From positions 10,698,948 to 10,762,947 of the forward strand of contig NC_092673.1 in NCBI RefSeq assembly GCF_964355755.1: a DNA stretch of 64,000 bases, in the 5' to 3' direction. Origin of the DNA: Antedon mediterranea (lineage: Eukaryota > Animalia > Echinodermata). The translations under genes were made by a program, and so were the position numbers. This document shows positions 34,123 to 48,479 of the stretch, piece after piece. Position 1 is the stretch's first letter. The number at the start of each line of letters is the position of its first letter. The notes beneath the pieces were generated by a model, which was not told the origin of the DNA, did not search any database, and saw only the letters and a program-made list of their open reading frames with translations.

Positions 34123-37100
34123 GAAAAATAATGCCATGCAACTTTGTTTCGGAATTTAAAAAAGATCCATTTGTTTAGGCATGACATTCACAACCCTAAA
34201 AAATATCTCATTTTCAAAAAATATATTTATTTTCAATAAGAAAAAAAAAAGCAAAATCCCTAGAGGTTGGAACCCGCTACTGAGAGCACTCAAACCTGGG
34301 TATTACCCGTTACGCCACATACCAGTAGATGACTGAAGAGCTGATAATAGTCTATTTATATGAAATGAATAATAAATCAATGAAAAATAATGCCATGCAA
34401 CTTTGTTTCTGATTTTAAAAAAGGTTTACTTGTTTAGGCCTGACATTTACAACCCTCAAAATATCTCACTTTGAAAAACAATATTTATTTTCAATTTAAA
34501 AAAAAAGAAAAAAAATATCCGTAGAGGTTCGAACCCACTACTGAGAGCACTCAAACTTGAGTATTACCCGTTACGCCACAAACCAGTAGATGACTGAGGA
34601 GCTGATAATAGTCTATATAAATGAAATGAATGATCAATCAATGAAAAATAATGCCATGCAACTTTATTTCTGATTTTAAAAAAGGTCCACTTGTTTAGGC
34701 CTGACATTTACAACCCTCAAAATATCTCACTTTCAAAAACCATATTTATTTTCAATTTTAAAAAAAAAGAAAAAAAATATCCCTAGAGGTTCGACCCACT
34801 GCTCAGAGCACTCAACCCTGAGCATTACCGGTTACGCCACAAACCAGTAGGTGACTGAGGAGCTGATAATAGTCTATATATATGAAATGAATGATCAATC
34901 AATGAAAAATAATGCCAAGCAACTTTGTTTCTGGTTTTAAAAAAGGTCCACTTGTTTAGGCCTGACATTTACAACCCTCAAAATATCTCACTTTCAAAAA
35001 CCATATTTATTTTCAATTTAAAAAAAAAGAAAAAAAATATCCCTAGAGGTTCGCACCCACTACTCAGAGCACTCAAACCTGAGCATTACCCGTTACGCCA
35101 CAAACCACTAGATGAATGAAGAGCTGATAATAGTCTATTTATATGAAATGAATGATCAATCAATGAAAAATAATGCCATGCAACTTTGTTTCTGATTTTA
35201 AAAAAGATCCATTTGTTTAGGCCTGACATTCACAACCCTAAAAAATATCTCATTTTCAAAAAAAATATTTATTTTCAATAAGAAAAAAAAAGCAATATCC
35301 CTAGAGGTTGGAACCCGCTACTGAGAGCACTCAAACCTGGGTATTACCCGTTACGCCACAAACCAGTAGATAACTGAAGAGCTGATAATAGTCTATTTAT
35401 ATGAAATTAATGATCAATCAATGAAAAATAATGGCATGCAACTTTGTTTCTGATTTTAAAAAAGGTCCACTTGTTGAGGCCTGATATTTACAACCCTCAA
35501 AATATCTCACTTTCAAAAACAATATTTATTTTCAATTTAAAAAAAAAAAATCCCTAGAGGTTCGAACCCACTACTGAGAGCACTCAAACCTGAGCATTAT
35601 CCATTACGCCACAAACCAGTAGATGACTGAGGAGCTGATAATAGTCTATTTATATGAAATGAATGATCAATCAATGAAAAATAATGCAATGCAACTTTGT
35701 TTCTGATTTTAAAAAAAGGTTCATTTGTTTAGGCCTGACATTTACAACCCTCAAAATATCTCACTTTCAAAAAAAATATTTATTTTCAATTAAAAAAAAA
35801 AGAAAAGAAATATCCCTAGAGGTTCGAACCCACTACTGCGAGCACTCAAACTTGAGCATTACCCGTTACGCCTCAAACCAGTAGATGACTGAAGAGCTGA
35901 TAATAGTCTATATGAAATGAATAATAAATCAATGAAAAATAATGCCATGCAACTTTGTTTCTGATTTTAAAAAAGGTTCACTTGTTTAGACCTGACATTT
36001 ACAACCCTCAAAATATCTCACTTTCAAAAACAATATTTATTTTCAATTAAAAAAAAAAGAAACAAAATATCCGTAGATGTTCGAACCCACTAGTGAGAGC
36101 ACTCAAACTTGAGCATTACCCGTTACGCCACAAACCAGTAGATGACTGAAGAGCTGATAATACTCTATTTATATGAAATGAATAATAAATCAATGAAAAA
36201 TAATGCCATGCAACTTTGTTTCTGATTTTAAAAAAGGTCCACTTATTCAGGCCTGATATTTACAACCCTCAAAATATCTCACTTTCAAAAAAAATATTTA
36301 TTTTCAATTTTATAAAAAAAGAAACAAAATATCCGTAGAGGTTCGAACCCACTACTGAGAGCACTCAAACATGAGCATTATCCGTTACGCCACAAACCAG
36401 TAGATGACTGAGGAGTTGATAATAGTCTATTTATATGAAATGAATGATCAATCAATAAAAAATAATGCCATGCAACTTTGTTTCTGATTTTAAAAAAAGG
36501 TTCATTTGTTTAGGCCTGACATTTACAACACTCAAAATATCTCACTTTCAAAAACAATATTTATTTTCAATTAAAAAAAAAGAAAGAAAGAAAATATTCG
36601 TAGAGGTTCGAACACACTACTGCGAGAACTCAAACCAGAGCACTACCGGTTACGCCACAAACCAGTAGATGAGTGAAGAGCTGATAATAGTCTATTTATA
36701 TGAAATGAATGATCAATCAATGAAAAATAATGCCATGCAACTTTTTTTCTGATTTTAAAAAAGGTCCACTTGTTTAGGCCTGACATTTACAACCCTCAAA
36801 ATATCTCACTTTCAAAAACCATATTTATTTTCAATTTAAAAAAAAATAAAAAAAATATCCCTAGAGGTTCGCACCCATTACTCAGAGCACTCAAACCTGA
36901 GCATTACCCGTTACGCCACAAACCAGTAGATGAATGAAGAGCTGATAATAGTCTATTTATATGAAATGAATGATCAATCAATGAAAAATAATGCCATGCA
37001 ACTTTGTTTCTGATTTAAAAAAAAATCCATTTGTTTAGGCCTGACATTCACAACCCTAAAAAATATCTCATTTTAAAAAAAAATATTTATTTTCAATAAG

Positions 37101-40100
37101 AAAAAAAAAAGCAATATCCCTAGAGGTTGGAACCCGCTACTGAGAGCACTCAAACCTGGGTATTACCCGTTACGCCACAAACCAGTAGATAACTGAAGAG
37201 CTGATAATAGTCTATTTATATGAAATTAATGATCAATCAATGAAAAATAATGGCATGCAACTTTGTTTCTGATTTTAAAAAAGGTCCACTTGTTGAGGCC
37301 TGATATTTACAACCCTCAAAATATCTCACTTTCAAAAACAATATTTATTTTCAATTTAAAAAAAAAAAAATCCCTAGAGGTTCGAACCCACTACTTAGAG
37401 CACTCAAACCTGAGCATTATCCATTACGCCACAAACCAGTAGATGACTGAGGAGCTGATAATAGACTATTTATATGAAATGAATGATCAATCAATGAAAA
37501 ATAATGCCATGCAACTTTGTTTCTGATTTTAAAAAAAGGTTCATTTGTTTAGGCCTGACATTTACAACCCTCAAAATATCTCACTTTCAAAAAAAATATT
37601 TATTTTCAATTAAAAAAAAAGAAGAAAAAAAATATCCCTAGAGGTTCGAACCCACTACTGCGAGCACTCAAACTTGAGCATTACCCGTTACGCCTCAAAC
37701 CAGTAGATGACTGAAGAGCTGATAATAGTCTATATGAAATGAATAATAAATCAATGAAAAATAATGCCATGCAACTTTGTTTCTGATTTTAAAAAAGGTT
37801 CACTTGTTTAGACCTGACATTTACAACCCTCAAAATATCTCACTTTCAAAAACAATATTTATTTTCAATTAAAAAAAAAAGAAACAAAATATCCGTAGAT
37901 GTTCGAACCCACTAGTGAGAGCACTCAAACTTGAGCATTACCCGTTACGCCACAAACCAGTAGATGACTGAAGAGCTGATAATACTCTATATATATGAAA
38001 TGAATGATCAATCAATGAAAAATAATGCCATGCAACTTTGTTTCTGATTTTAAAAAAGGTCCACTTGTTTAGGACTGACATTTACAACCCTCAAAATATC
38101 TCACTTTCAAAAACCATATTTATTTTCAATTTGAAAAAAAAGAAAAAAAATATCCCTAGAGGTTCGCACCGACTACTCAGAGCACTCAAACCTGAGCATT
38201 ACCCGTTACGCCACAAACCAGTAGATGAATGAAGAGCTGATAATAGTCTATTTATATGAAATGAATGATCAATCAATGAAAAATAATGCCATGCAACTTT
38301 GTTTCTGATTTTAAAAAAGATCCATTTGTTTAGGCCTGACATTCACAACCCTAAAAAATATCTCATTTTCAAAAAATATTTTTATTTTCAATAAGAAAAA
38401 AAAAGCAATATCACTAGAGGTTGGAACCCGCTACTGAGAGCACTCAAACCTGGGTATTACCCGTTACGCCACAAACCAGTAGATAACTGAAGAGCTGATA
38501 ATAGTCTATTTATATGAAATTAATGATCAATCAATGAAAAATAATGGCATGCAACTTTGTTTCTGATTTTAAAAAAGGTCCACTTGTTGAGGCCTGATAT
38601 TTACAACCCTCAAAATATCTCACTTTCAAAAACCATATCTATTTTCAATTTAAAAAAAAAGAAAAAAAATATCCCTAGAGGTTCGCACCCACTACTCAGA
38701 GCACTCAAACCTGAGCATTACCCGTTACGCCACAAACCAGTAGATGAATGAAGAGCTGATAATAGTCTATTTATATGAAATGAATGATCAATCAATGAAA
38801 AATAATGCCATGCAACTTTGTTTCTGATTTTTAAAAAAATCCATTTGTTTAGGCCTGACATTCACAACCCTAAAAAATATCTCATTTTCAAAAAAAATAT
38901 TTATTTTCAATAAGAAAAAAAAAAGCAATATCCCTAGAGGTTGGAACCCGCTACTGAGAGCACTCAAACCTGGGTATTACCCGTTACGCCACAAACCAGT
39001 AGATAACTGAAGAGCTGATAATAGTCTATTTATATGAAATTAATGATCAATCAATGAAAAATAATGGCATGCAACTTTGTTTCTGATTTTAAAAAAGGTC
39101 CACTTGTTGAGGCCTGATATTTACAACCCTCAAAATATCTCACTTTCAAAAACAATATTTATTTTCAATTTAAAAAAAAAAAAATCCCTAGAGATTCGAA
39201 CCCACTACTGAGAGCACTCAAACCTGAGCATTATCCATTACGCCACAAACCAGTAGATGACTGAGGAGCTGATAATAGTCTATTTATATGAAATGAATGA
39301 TCAATCAATGAAAAATAATGCCATGCAACTTTGTTTCTGATTTTAAAAAAAGGTTCATTTGTTTAGGCCTGACATTTACAACCCTCAAAATATCTCACTT
39401 TCAAAAAAAATATTTATTTTCAATTAAAAAAAAAAAAGAAAAGAAATATCCCTAGAGGTTCGAACCCACTACTGCGAGCACTCAAACTTGAGCATTACCC
39501 GTTACGCCTCAAACCAGGAGATGACTGAAGAGCTGATAATAGTCTATATGAAATGAATAATAAATCAATGAAAAATAATGCCATGCAACTTTGTTTCTGA
39601 TTTTAAAAAAGGTTCACTTGTTTAGACCTGACATTTACAACCCTCAAAATATCTCACTTTCAAAAACAATATTTATTTTCAATTAAAAAAAAAAGAAACA
39701 AAATATCCGTAGATGTTCGAACCCACTAGTGAGAGCACTCAAACTTGAGCATTACCCATTACGCCACAAACCAGTAGATGACTGAAGAGCTGATAATACT
39801 CTATTTATATGAAATGAATAATAAATCAATGAAAAATAATGCCATGCAACTTTGTTTCTGATTTTAAAAAAGGTCCACTTATTCAGGCCTGATATTTACA
39901 ACCCTCAAAATATCTCACTTTCAAAAACAATATTTATTTTCAATTTTAAAAAAAAAGAAACAAAATATCCGTAGAGGTTCGAACCCACTACTGAGAGCAC
40001 TCAAACATGAGCATTATCCGTTACGTCACACACCAGTAAATGACTGAAGAGCTGATAATAGTCTATTTATATGAAATGAATGATCAATCAATGAAAAATA

Positions 40101-40905
40101 ATGCCATGCAACTTTGTTTCTGATTTTAAAAAAAGGTTCATTTGTTTAGGCCTGACATTTACAACACTCAAAATATCTCACTTTCAAAAACAATATTTAT
40201 TTTCAATTAAAAAAAAAGAAAGAAAGAAAATATTCGTAGAGGTTCGAACACACTACTGCGAGAACTCAAACCAGAGCACTACCGGTTACGCCACAAACCA
40301 GTAGATGAGTGAAGAGCTGATAATAGTCTATTTATATGAAATGAATGATCCATCAATGTAAAATGATGTTATGCAACTTTGTTTAAAAAAGGTCCACTTG
40401 GTTAGGCTTGACATTTAAAACCATAAAAATATCTCACTTTCAAAAACAATATTTATTTTCAAATAAAAAAAAAATAAAAAAATATTCCTAGAGGTTCGAA
40501 CCCACTACTGAGAGAACTCAAACCTGAGTATTACCGGTTGCGCCACAAACCAGTAGATGAGTGAAGAGCTGATAATAGTCTATTCATATGAAATGAATGA
40601 TCCATCAATGTAAAATGATTTTATGCAACTTTGTTTCTGATTTAAAAAAAGGTCCACTTGGTTAGGCTTGACATTTAAAACCATAAAAATATCTCACTTT
40701 CAAAAACAATATTTATTTTCAAATAAAAAAAAAAGAAAAAAAATATTCCTAGAGGTTCGAACCCACTACTGAGAGAACTCAAACCTGAGTATTACCGGTT
40801 GCGCCACAAACCAGTAGATGAGTGAAAACTGATAATAGTCTATTTATATGAAATGAATGATCCATCAATGTAAAATGATGTTATGCAACTTTGTTTCTGA
40901 TTTAA

Positions 40906-41217
40906 TCGGAGTGGAGCTGTGGCTTGGTGGTTATGATGCTTGGCTACCAATCTAAGGGTCCTGGGTTCAAGTCCTGTCATATGTCAGGGTTTTTTTCTCA
41001 TGACAATTTACAACTCCACTCCCAAAGACTTAATAATAAGTCTTTGTCTATGTAGAGCATCTTGTGTATATGTTTGTCTTATATGTTCTAGTGCAGTATA
41101 TGGAGAGCCATCTCGATAGTGCTTTGCACTCATGGCAATCCTCAGGGTGCTGCACCGCTGTGTTGTCATGTATGTTTGCCTGAAAATTAAATAAAATAAA
41201 AAAAAAAATAAAAATAA
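40906..41217 (+). mobile_element. tRNA-derived SINE with A-rich tail
   Basis: A box TGGCTTGGTGG (~40920), B box GGTTCAAGTCC (~40964), unique body, (A/AATAA)n tail merging with the satellite A run. Confidence 0.8.
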
Positions 41218-42482
41218 AAAAAAGGTCCACTTGGTTAGGCTTGACATTTAAAACCATAAAAATATCTCACTTTCAAAAACAATATTTCTTTTCAAATAAA
41301 AAAAAAAATAAAAAAAATATCCCTAGAAGTTCGAACCCACTACTGCGAGCACTCAAACTTGAGCATTACCCGTTACGCCACAAACCAGTAGATGACTGAG
41401 GAGCTGATAATAGTCTATTTATATGAAATGAATAATAAATCAATGAAAAATAATGCCATGCAACTTTGTTTCTGATTTCAAAAAAGGTTCACTTGTTTAG
41501 GCCTGACATTTACAACCCTCAAAATATCTCACTTTCAAAAACAATATTTATTTTCAAATAAAAAAAAAATGTCCTTACAGGTTCGAACCCACTACTGGGA
41601 GCACTCAAAACTGAGCATTACCCGTTATGCCATAAAGTAGTACACGACAGAACAGTTTATAATAGTCTATTTATAAGTGTATTACGAAATTCATCATTAC
41701 GTCATAAATATTATATTAACCTTTTTAAAACCAAAATGGCCAGTTAGCTCAGACAACGTGTTGACAACACGTATGTCGTGGGTTCGATTCCCACGCTGGT
41801 CGGTGGAATAGAGTTAAAGGTATGCGACCAACTGTGTTTGGGGTTCACAGAATTTACGTCCCCCTTTCCACCACACATCTTGAGAAGGCACTAGCAATGC
41901 ATCTGGTGATGATGTGGTGGAAACGACCCCAAGGCCGTGGCAGGGCCTTAGTGCTGAGGCAGGGAGAGCACATTTTTAAATTTTTTTTTGGCTTTCGCTA
42001 CATGTATTTGATCTCGTAAATTTTATGTTTAGCGCCCTCAATTTAATGTAAAAAGAAATTAATTTATCTTCGTTACGTGTTTAGAAGAGAATGTATGTCT
42101 CACCGTAGTTTGGTATGCCGTTTGTTATTATGCAAATGAGTTTTTGCAGGTGTAGTGGGAAAGATGGTATTGTTAGTAATTCGCAGTCAACACGCCACAC
42201 TGTTGAATTTTGATTTTGTTAATCAATGTTGCTACATTGGTAGCAAAATGTCCGATTCATGCAAAATATTGTATTGCAATATGTTATGAATAAACATTTA
42301 TGGATGGTAGTTGGTGTGTATGGCCGCACCGTCCCAGAATAAACATGTTTTAAACAGATATTTGTCTCCGATGATTTTTGTATGGGGTTAATGGAGAGTG
42401 AAATAGATCAAATATAGAACATTTGCAAAGATGTCGATTTCCAGACTGATTTCGAAACTTAGACTAATTTCGCCGCCGGGCT

Positions 42483-43626
42483 GCGATTTTTTTTTTCGTA
42501 CATAAGTTGGGGACCCCTCATGAAACGTCACAAAATAAACATGAATAATTCATCAGTTAAATTTGTTGTTCCGTGTGCACCCAAGCGTATAGCAACAAGA
42601 AGTGATTACACAACTGCAGACTTCAGCTTCTAAAACCTGGACCCCGTTCCAGAACTCGGTTTTACGGTGATCGTGCTTTTGCTGTCGCAGCCCCAAAACT
42701 CTGGAACACTCTACCCCTCGAAATACGGTCATCAAATTCTGTAATCACATTTAAAACTAAACTCAAAACTCATCTCTTCAGAGAAGCATAATCACACGAT
42801 ACTACTTGCACAGATCTTGGAAAACACAGCGCTTTGAAACCTTTGTCTCTTGCGCTTTATAAATGTTATTTATTATTATGATTATTATTAACTGCGATAC
42901 GATACTTTCTACAGTAGGCCTAGGATAAGTCAATTCACGTGATTGCCTTCGCGCACTCTTCTTCACACAAAATGTGTTGAGTCGAGGCTAATCGACAGCT
43001 AGGCAAGACATTAAACTAAGTAGTAATTCATTGGACATAGCCCAAAGAAAGCTTAGACCCACAAGAATAAAGAATGTGTATAATTTGTGTACTGTATTTT
43101 TTTAATTCTGCTATTTTATTATCAAACAATATGCATGATGTACTCAAAGGAACTTTAAAAATGCGCGTATATGAACACATGAGATGGGAAGATTTGACCC
43201 ACGAGAATAAAAAACTAGGATTGTGTCATACCAAAGATAACTATCTTTGGTCATACCTAACACACACACGTCACACACACCCACAGCTACTACTAGAACA
43301 GACATGGGTTTAGAGACTAATAATTAGGCATAATGGTATTAATAGAAACTATAATTTTAACACGTCATTCTTTAGTAATAAATTATATTAAAAACACCAT
43401 AAAGTAAAGGCTGATTATTTCGACAATCCACACAAAACGCCGCTATCTTCTATGAAATCGCACGTCGCAACAACAGCCTAGAATCGTACCGCACCTGTGT
43501 AATCACTTCTTGTTGCTATACGCTTGGGTGCACACGGAACAAGAAAATTTAACTGATTAATTATTCATGTTTATTTTGTGACGTTTCATGAGGGGGTCCC
43601 CAACTTATGTACGAAAAAAAAATCGC
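42483..43626. mobile_element. Non-autonomous Mutator-like (MULE) DNA transposon
   Basis: ~130-bp TIRs starting GCGATTTTTTTTT(T)CGTACATAAGTTGGGGACCCC; 9-bp TSD CGCCGGGCT (42474-42482 / 43627-43635); empty site present in other block copies. Confidence 0.9.
42618..42889 (+). mobile_element. L2-clade LINE 3' end nested in the MULE
   Basis: Encodes ..RTRFYGDRAFAVAAPKLWNTLPLEIRSSNSVITFKTKLKTHLFREA* (typical L2/CR1 ORF2 C-terminus); (TTA)n tail; TSD AACTGC. Confidence 0.88.
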
Positions 43627-46341
43627 CGCCGGGCTAGGCCTTAGGCATATACGAAGTCGAGTTTTTAAAGTGGAAAACTCTACCTAAACTTTTGAATTCG
43701 CATCTGGGTAGTTGAATTTTTAACAAATATCATAAATATCATAGGTGATTATGTATGGTAATAAGTATAAGTATAAGTGCATTTCTGGGCTCTATTTTCA
43801 TTATTAGCTCTGCCCCAAACATGGTGGGCTAGTAGGCCTAGTGGAGACCTAATATTTAATTTCATATTTCAATGAATAGGTGCACTTTCCGGGGACAAGC
43901 TCTATTGTCTTTGTTAGTCTTATATATTTTGTTTCATATAATTTCAAATGATGTAAAGTACCATTTTCAGGGGGGAGTCTGTGCAACTCTATTTTTTTAT
44001 TTTAAACAGTTTGGTATGCCGTCGTGGTTGTTATGCAAATGAGCTTGTGCACGTGTATTATGGGGAAGATAATATGTTAATCATTCGCGGTCAACACGCC
44101 ACACTGTCAAATTTTGATGCTGTTAATATTTACATTAAAATATTGTTCAAATCATATAAATAAAATATTTTCCGGGCGGGAACCCAGCAGCTCTCGAAAA
44201 GAACTCCAGGTGGAAAGAAGCTCACCCATGAGTACTGAATATAAAGGAGCACATTGGCTTCTTTTGGAGGCTTTATGGCAGTCTTTTTAGATGTATTTGA
44301 TTTCAAAAACAATATTTATTTTCAATTTAAAACAAAAAAGAAAAAAGATATTCCTAGAGGTTCGAACTAACTACTGAGAGAAGTCAAACCTGAGCGTTAC
44401 CGGTTACGCCACAAACCAGTAGATGAGTGAAGAGCTGATAATAGTCTATTTATATGAAATGAATGATCCATCAATGTAAAATGATGTTATGCAACTTTGT
44501 TTCTGATTTAAAAAAAGGTCCACTTGGTTAGGCTTGACATTTAAAACCATAAAAATATCTCACTTTCAAAAACAATATTTATTTTCAAATAAAAAAAAAA
44601 GAAAAAAAATATCCCTAGAAGTTCGAACCCACTATTGAAATCACTCAAACTTGAGCATTACCCGTTACGCCGCAAACCAGTATATGTCTGAAGAGCTGAT
44701 AATAGTCTATTTATATGAAATGGATGATCAATCAATGAAAAATAATGCCATGCAACTTTGTTTCTGATTTAAAAATAGGTTCACTTGTTTAGGTCTGACA
44801 GTTGCAACCCTCAAAATATCTCACTTTCAAAAACAATATTTATTTTGAATTAAAAAAAAAAGAAAAAAAATACCCGTATAGGTTCAAACCCACTACTGAG
44901 AGCCCTCAAACCTGAGCATTATCCGTTACGCCACAAACCAGTAGATGACTGAGAAGCTGAAAATAGTCTATTTATATGAAATAAATGATCAATCAATGAA
45001 AAATAATGCCATGCAACTTTGTTTCTGATTTTAAAAAAGGTCCACTTTTTTAGGCCTGACATTTACAACACTCAAAATATTTCACTTTCAAAAACAATAT
45101 TTATTTTAAATTTAAAAAAAAGAAAGAAAAAAAATATTCGTAGAGGTTCGAACCAACTACTGCGAGAACTCAAACCTGAGCACTACCGGTTACGCCACAA
45201 ACCAGTAGATGAGTGAAGAGCTGATAATAGTCTATTTATAAGAAATAAATGATCAATCAATGAAAAATAATGCCATGCAACTTTGTTTCTGATTTTATAA
45301 AAAGGTTCATTTGTTTAGGCCTGACATTTACAACATTCAAAATATCTCACATTCAAAATCAATATTTATCTTCAAATAAAAAATAAGAAAGATAGAAAAT
45401 ATTCGTAGAGGTTCGAACACACTACTGCGAGAACTCAAACCTGAGCACTACCGGTTACGCCAAAAACCAGTAGATGAGTGAAGAGCTGATAATAGTCTAT
45501 TTATATGAAATGAATGATCCATCAATGTAAAATGATGTTATGCAACTTTGTTTCTGATTTAAAAAAAGGTCCACTTGGTTAGGCTTGACATTTAAAACCA
45601 TAAAAATATCTCACTTTCAAAAACAATATTTATTTTCAAATAAAAAAAAAAAGAAAAAAAATATTCCTAGAAGTTCGAACCCACTATTGAAATCACTCAA
45701 ACCTGAGCATTACCCGTTACGCCGCAAACCAGTATATGACTGAAGAGCTGATAATAGTCTATTTATATGAAATGGATGATCAATCAATGAAAAATAATGC
45801 CATGCAACTTTGTTTCTGATTTCAAAAAAGGTTCACTTATTTAGGCCTGACAGTTGCAACCCTCAAAATATTTCACTTTCAAAAACAATATTTATTTTCA
45901 ATTCAAAAAAAAAGAAAAAAAATATCCCTAGATGTTCGAACCCACTACTGCGAGCACTCAAACTTGAGCATTACCCGTTACGCCTCAAACCAGTAGATGA
46001 CTGAAGAGCTGATAATACTCTATTTATATGAAATGAATAATAAATCAATGAAAAATAATGCCATGCAACTTTGTTTCTGATTTTAAAAAAGGTTCACTTG
46101 TTTAGGCCTGACATTTACAACCCTCAAAATATCTCACTTTCAAAAACAATATTTATTTTCAAATAAAAAAAAATGTCCTTACAGGTTCGAACCCACTACT
46201 GGGAGCACTCAAAACTGAGCATTACCCGTTATGCCATAAAGTAGTACACGACAGAACAGTTTATAATAGTCTATTTATAAGTGTATTACGAAATTCATCA
46301 TTACGTCATAAATATCATATTAACCTTTTTAAAACCAAAAT

Positions 46342-47750
46342 GGCAAGTTAGCTCAGACGACGTGTTGACAACACGTATGTCGTGGGTTTGATTCCCACGC
46401 TGATCGGTGGAATAGAGGTAAAGGTATCCGACCAACTGTGTTTGGGGTTCACAGAATTTACGTCCCCCTTTCCACCACACATCGTGAGAAGGCACTAGCA
46501 ATGCATCTGGTGATGATGTGGTGGAAACGACCCCAAGGCCGTGGCAGGGCCTTAGTGCTGAGGCATGGAGAGCACATTTTAAAATTTTTTTTTGGCTTTC
46601 GCTACATGTATTTGATCTCGTAAATTTATGTTTAGCGCCCTCAATTTAATGTAAAAAGAAATTAATTTATCTTCGTTACGTGTTTAGAAGGGAATGTATT
46701 TCTCACCGTAGTTTGGTATGCCGTTTGTTATTATGCAAATGAGTTTTTGCCGGTGTAGTGGGAAAGATGGTATTGTTAGTAATTCGCGGTCAACACGCCA
46801 CACTGTTGAATTTTGATTTTGTTAATCAATGTTGCTACATTGGTAGCGAAATGTCCGATTCATGCAAGATATTGTATTGTAATATGTTATGAATAAACAT
46901 TTATGGATGGTAGTTGGTGTGTATGGCCGCACCGTCCAAGAATAAACATGTTTTAAACAGATAACTTGTCTCCGATGATTTTTGTATGGGGTTAATGGAG
47001 AGTGAAATAGATCAAATATAGAAAATTTGCAAAGATACCGATATCCAGACTGATTTCGAAACTTAGACTAATTCCGCCGCCGGGTTAGGCCTTAGGCATA
47101 TACGAAGTCGAGTTTTTAAAGTAGAAAACTCTACCTAAACTTTTGAATTCGCATCTGGATAGTTGAATTTTTAACAAATATCATAAATATCATAGGTGAT
47201 TATGTATGGTAATAAGTATAAGTATAAGTGCAATTCTGGGCTCTATTTTCATTATTAGCTCTGCCCCAAACATGGTGGTCTAGTAGGCCTACTGGAGACC
47301 TAATATTTAATTTCATATTTCAATGAATAGGTGCACTTTCCGGGGACAAGCTCTATTGTCCTTGATAGTCTTATATATTTTGTTTCATATAATTTCAAAT
47401 CATGTAAAGTACCATTTTCAGGCGGGAGTCTGTGCAACTCTATTTTTTTAATTTTAAACAGTATGGTATGCCGTCGTGGTTGTTATGCAAATGAGCTTGT
47501 GCACGTGTATTATGGGGAAGATAATGTTAATCATTCGCGGTCAACACGCCACACTGTTAAATTTTGATGCTGTTAATATTTACATTAGAATATTGTTCAA
47601 ATCATGTAAATAAAACATTTTCCGGGCGGGAACCCAGCAGCTCTCGAAAAGAACTCCAGGTGGAAAAGAAGCTCACCAATGAGTACTGAATATGAAGGAG
47701 CACATTGGCTTCTTTTGGAGGCTTTATGGCAGTCTTTTTACATGTATTTC
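46342..47750 (+). repeat. ~1.3-kb interspersed block, copy 4
   Basis: Near-identical to copy 5 at a 2138-bp offset. Confidence 0.9.
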
Positions 47751-48479
47751 ATTTCAAAAACAATATTTATTTTCAATTTAAAAAAAAAAAAAAAAAAAAT
47801 ATTCCTAGAGGTTCGAACCCACTACTGAGAGAACTCAAACCTGAGCATTACCGGTTACGCCACAAAAAAGTAGATGAGTGAAGAGCTGATAATAGTCTAT
47901 TTATATGAAATGAATGATCCATCAATGTAAAATGATGTTATGCAACTTTGTTTCTGATTTAAAAAAAGGTCCACTTGGTTAGGCTTGACATTTAAAACCA
48001 TAAAAATATCTCACTTTCAAAAACAATATTTATTTTCAAATAAAAAAAAAAGACAAAAAATACCCGTAGAGGTTCGAACCCACTACTGCGAGCACTCAAA
48101 CTTGAGCATTACCCGTTACGCCTCAAACCAGTAGATGACTGAAGAGCTGATAATACTCTATTTATATGAAATGAATAATAAATCAATGAAAAAAAATGCC
48201 ATGCAACTTTGTTTCTGATTTTAAAAAAGGTTCACTTGTTTAGGCCTGACATTTACAACCCTCAAAATATCTCACTTTCAAAAACAATATTTATTTTCAA
48301 ATAAAAAAAAATGTCCTTACAGGTTCGAACCCACTACTGGGAGCACTCAAAACTGAGCATTACCCGTTATGCCATAAAGTAGTACACGACAGAACAGTTT
48401 ATAATAGTCTATTTATAAGTGTATTCCGAAATTCATCATTACGTCATAAATATCATATTAACCTTTTTAAAACCAAAAT

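Larger units (their letters stand above)
32015..41737 (-). repeat. ~260-bp tRNA-like satellite, main array with 7-mer higher-order repeat
   Basis: Continuous monomers; the GGTTGGAACCCGC variant recurs at ~35306, 37124, 38939 (~1818-bp period). Confidence 0.96.
41738..44300 (+). repeat. ~1.3-kb interspersed block, copy 3 (contains MULE-like insertion)
   Basis: Homology to the other copies; 8-bp deletion in the D arm of the tRNA-like head. Confidence 0.9.

Noticed and set aside
32015-41737. CRISPR-like repeat-spacer array
   Set aside because: The whole monomer repeats, there are no unique spacers or cas genes, and the context is eukaryotic.
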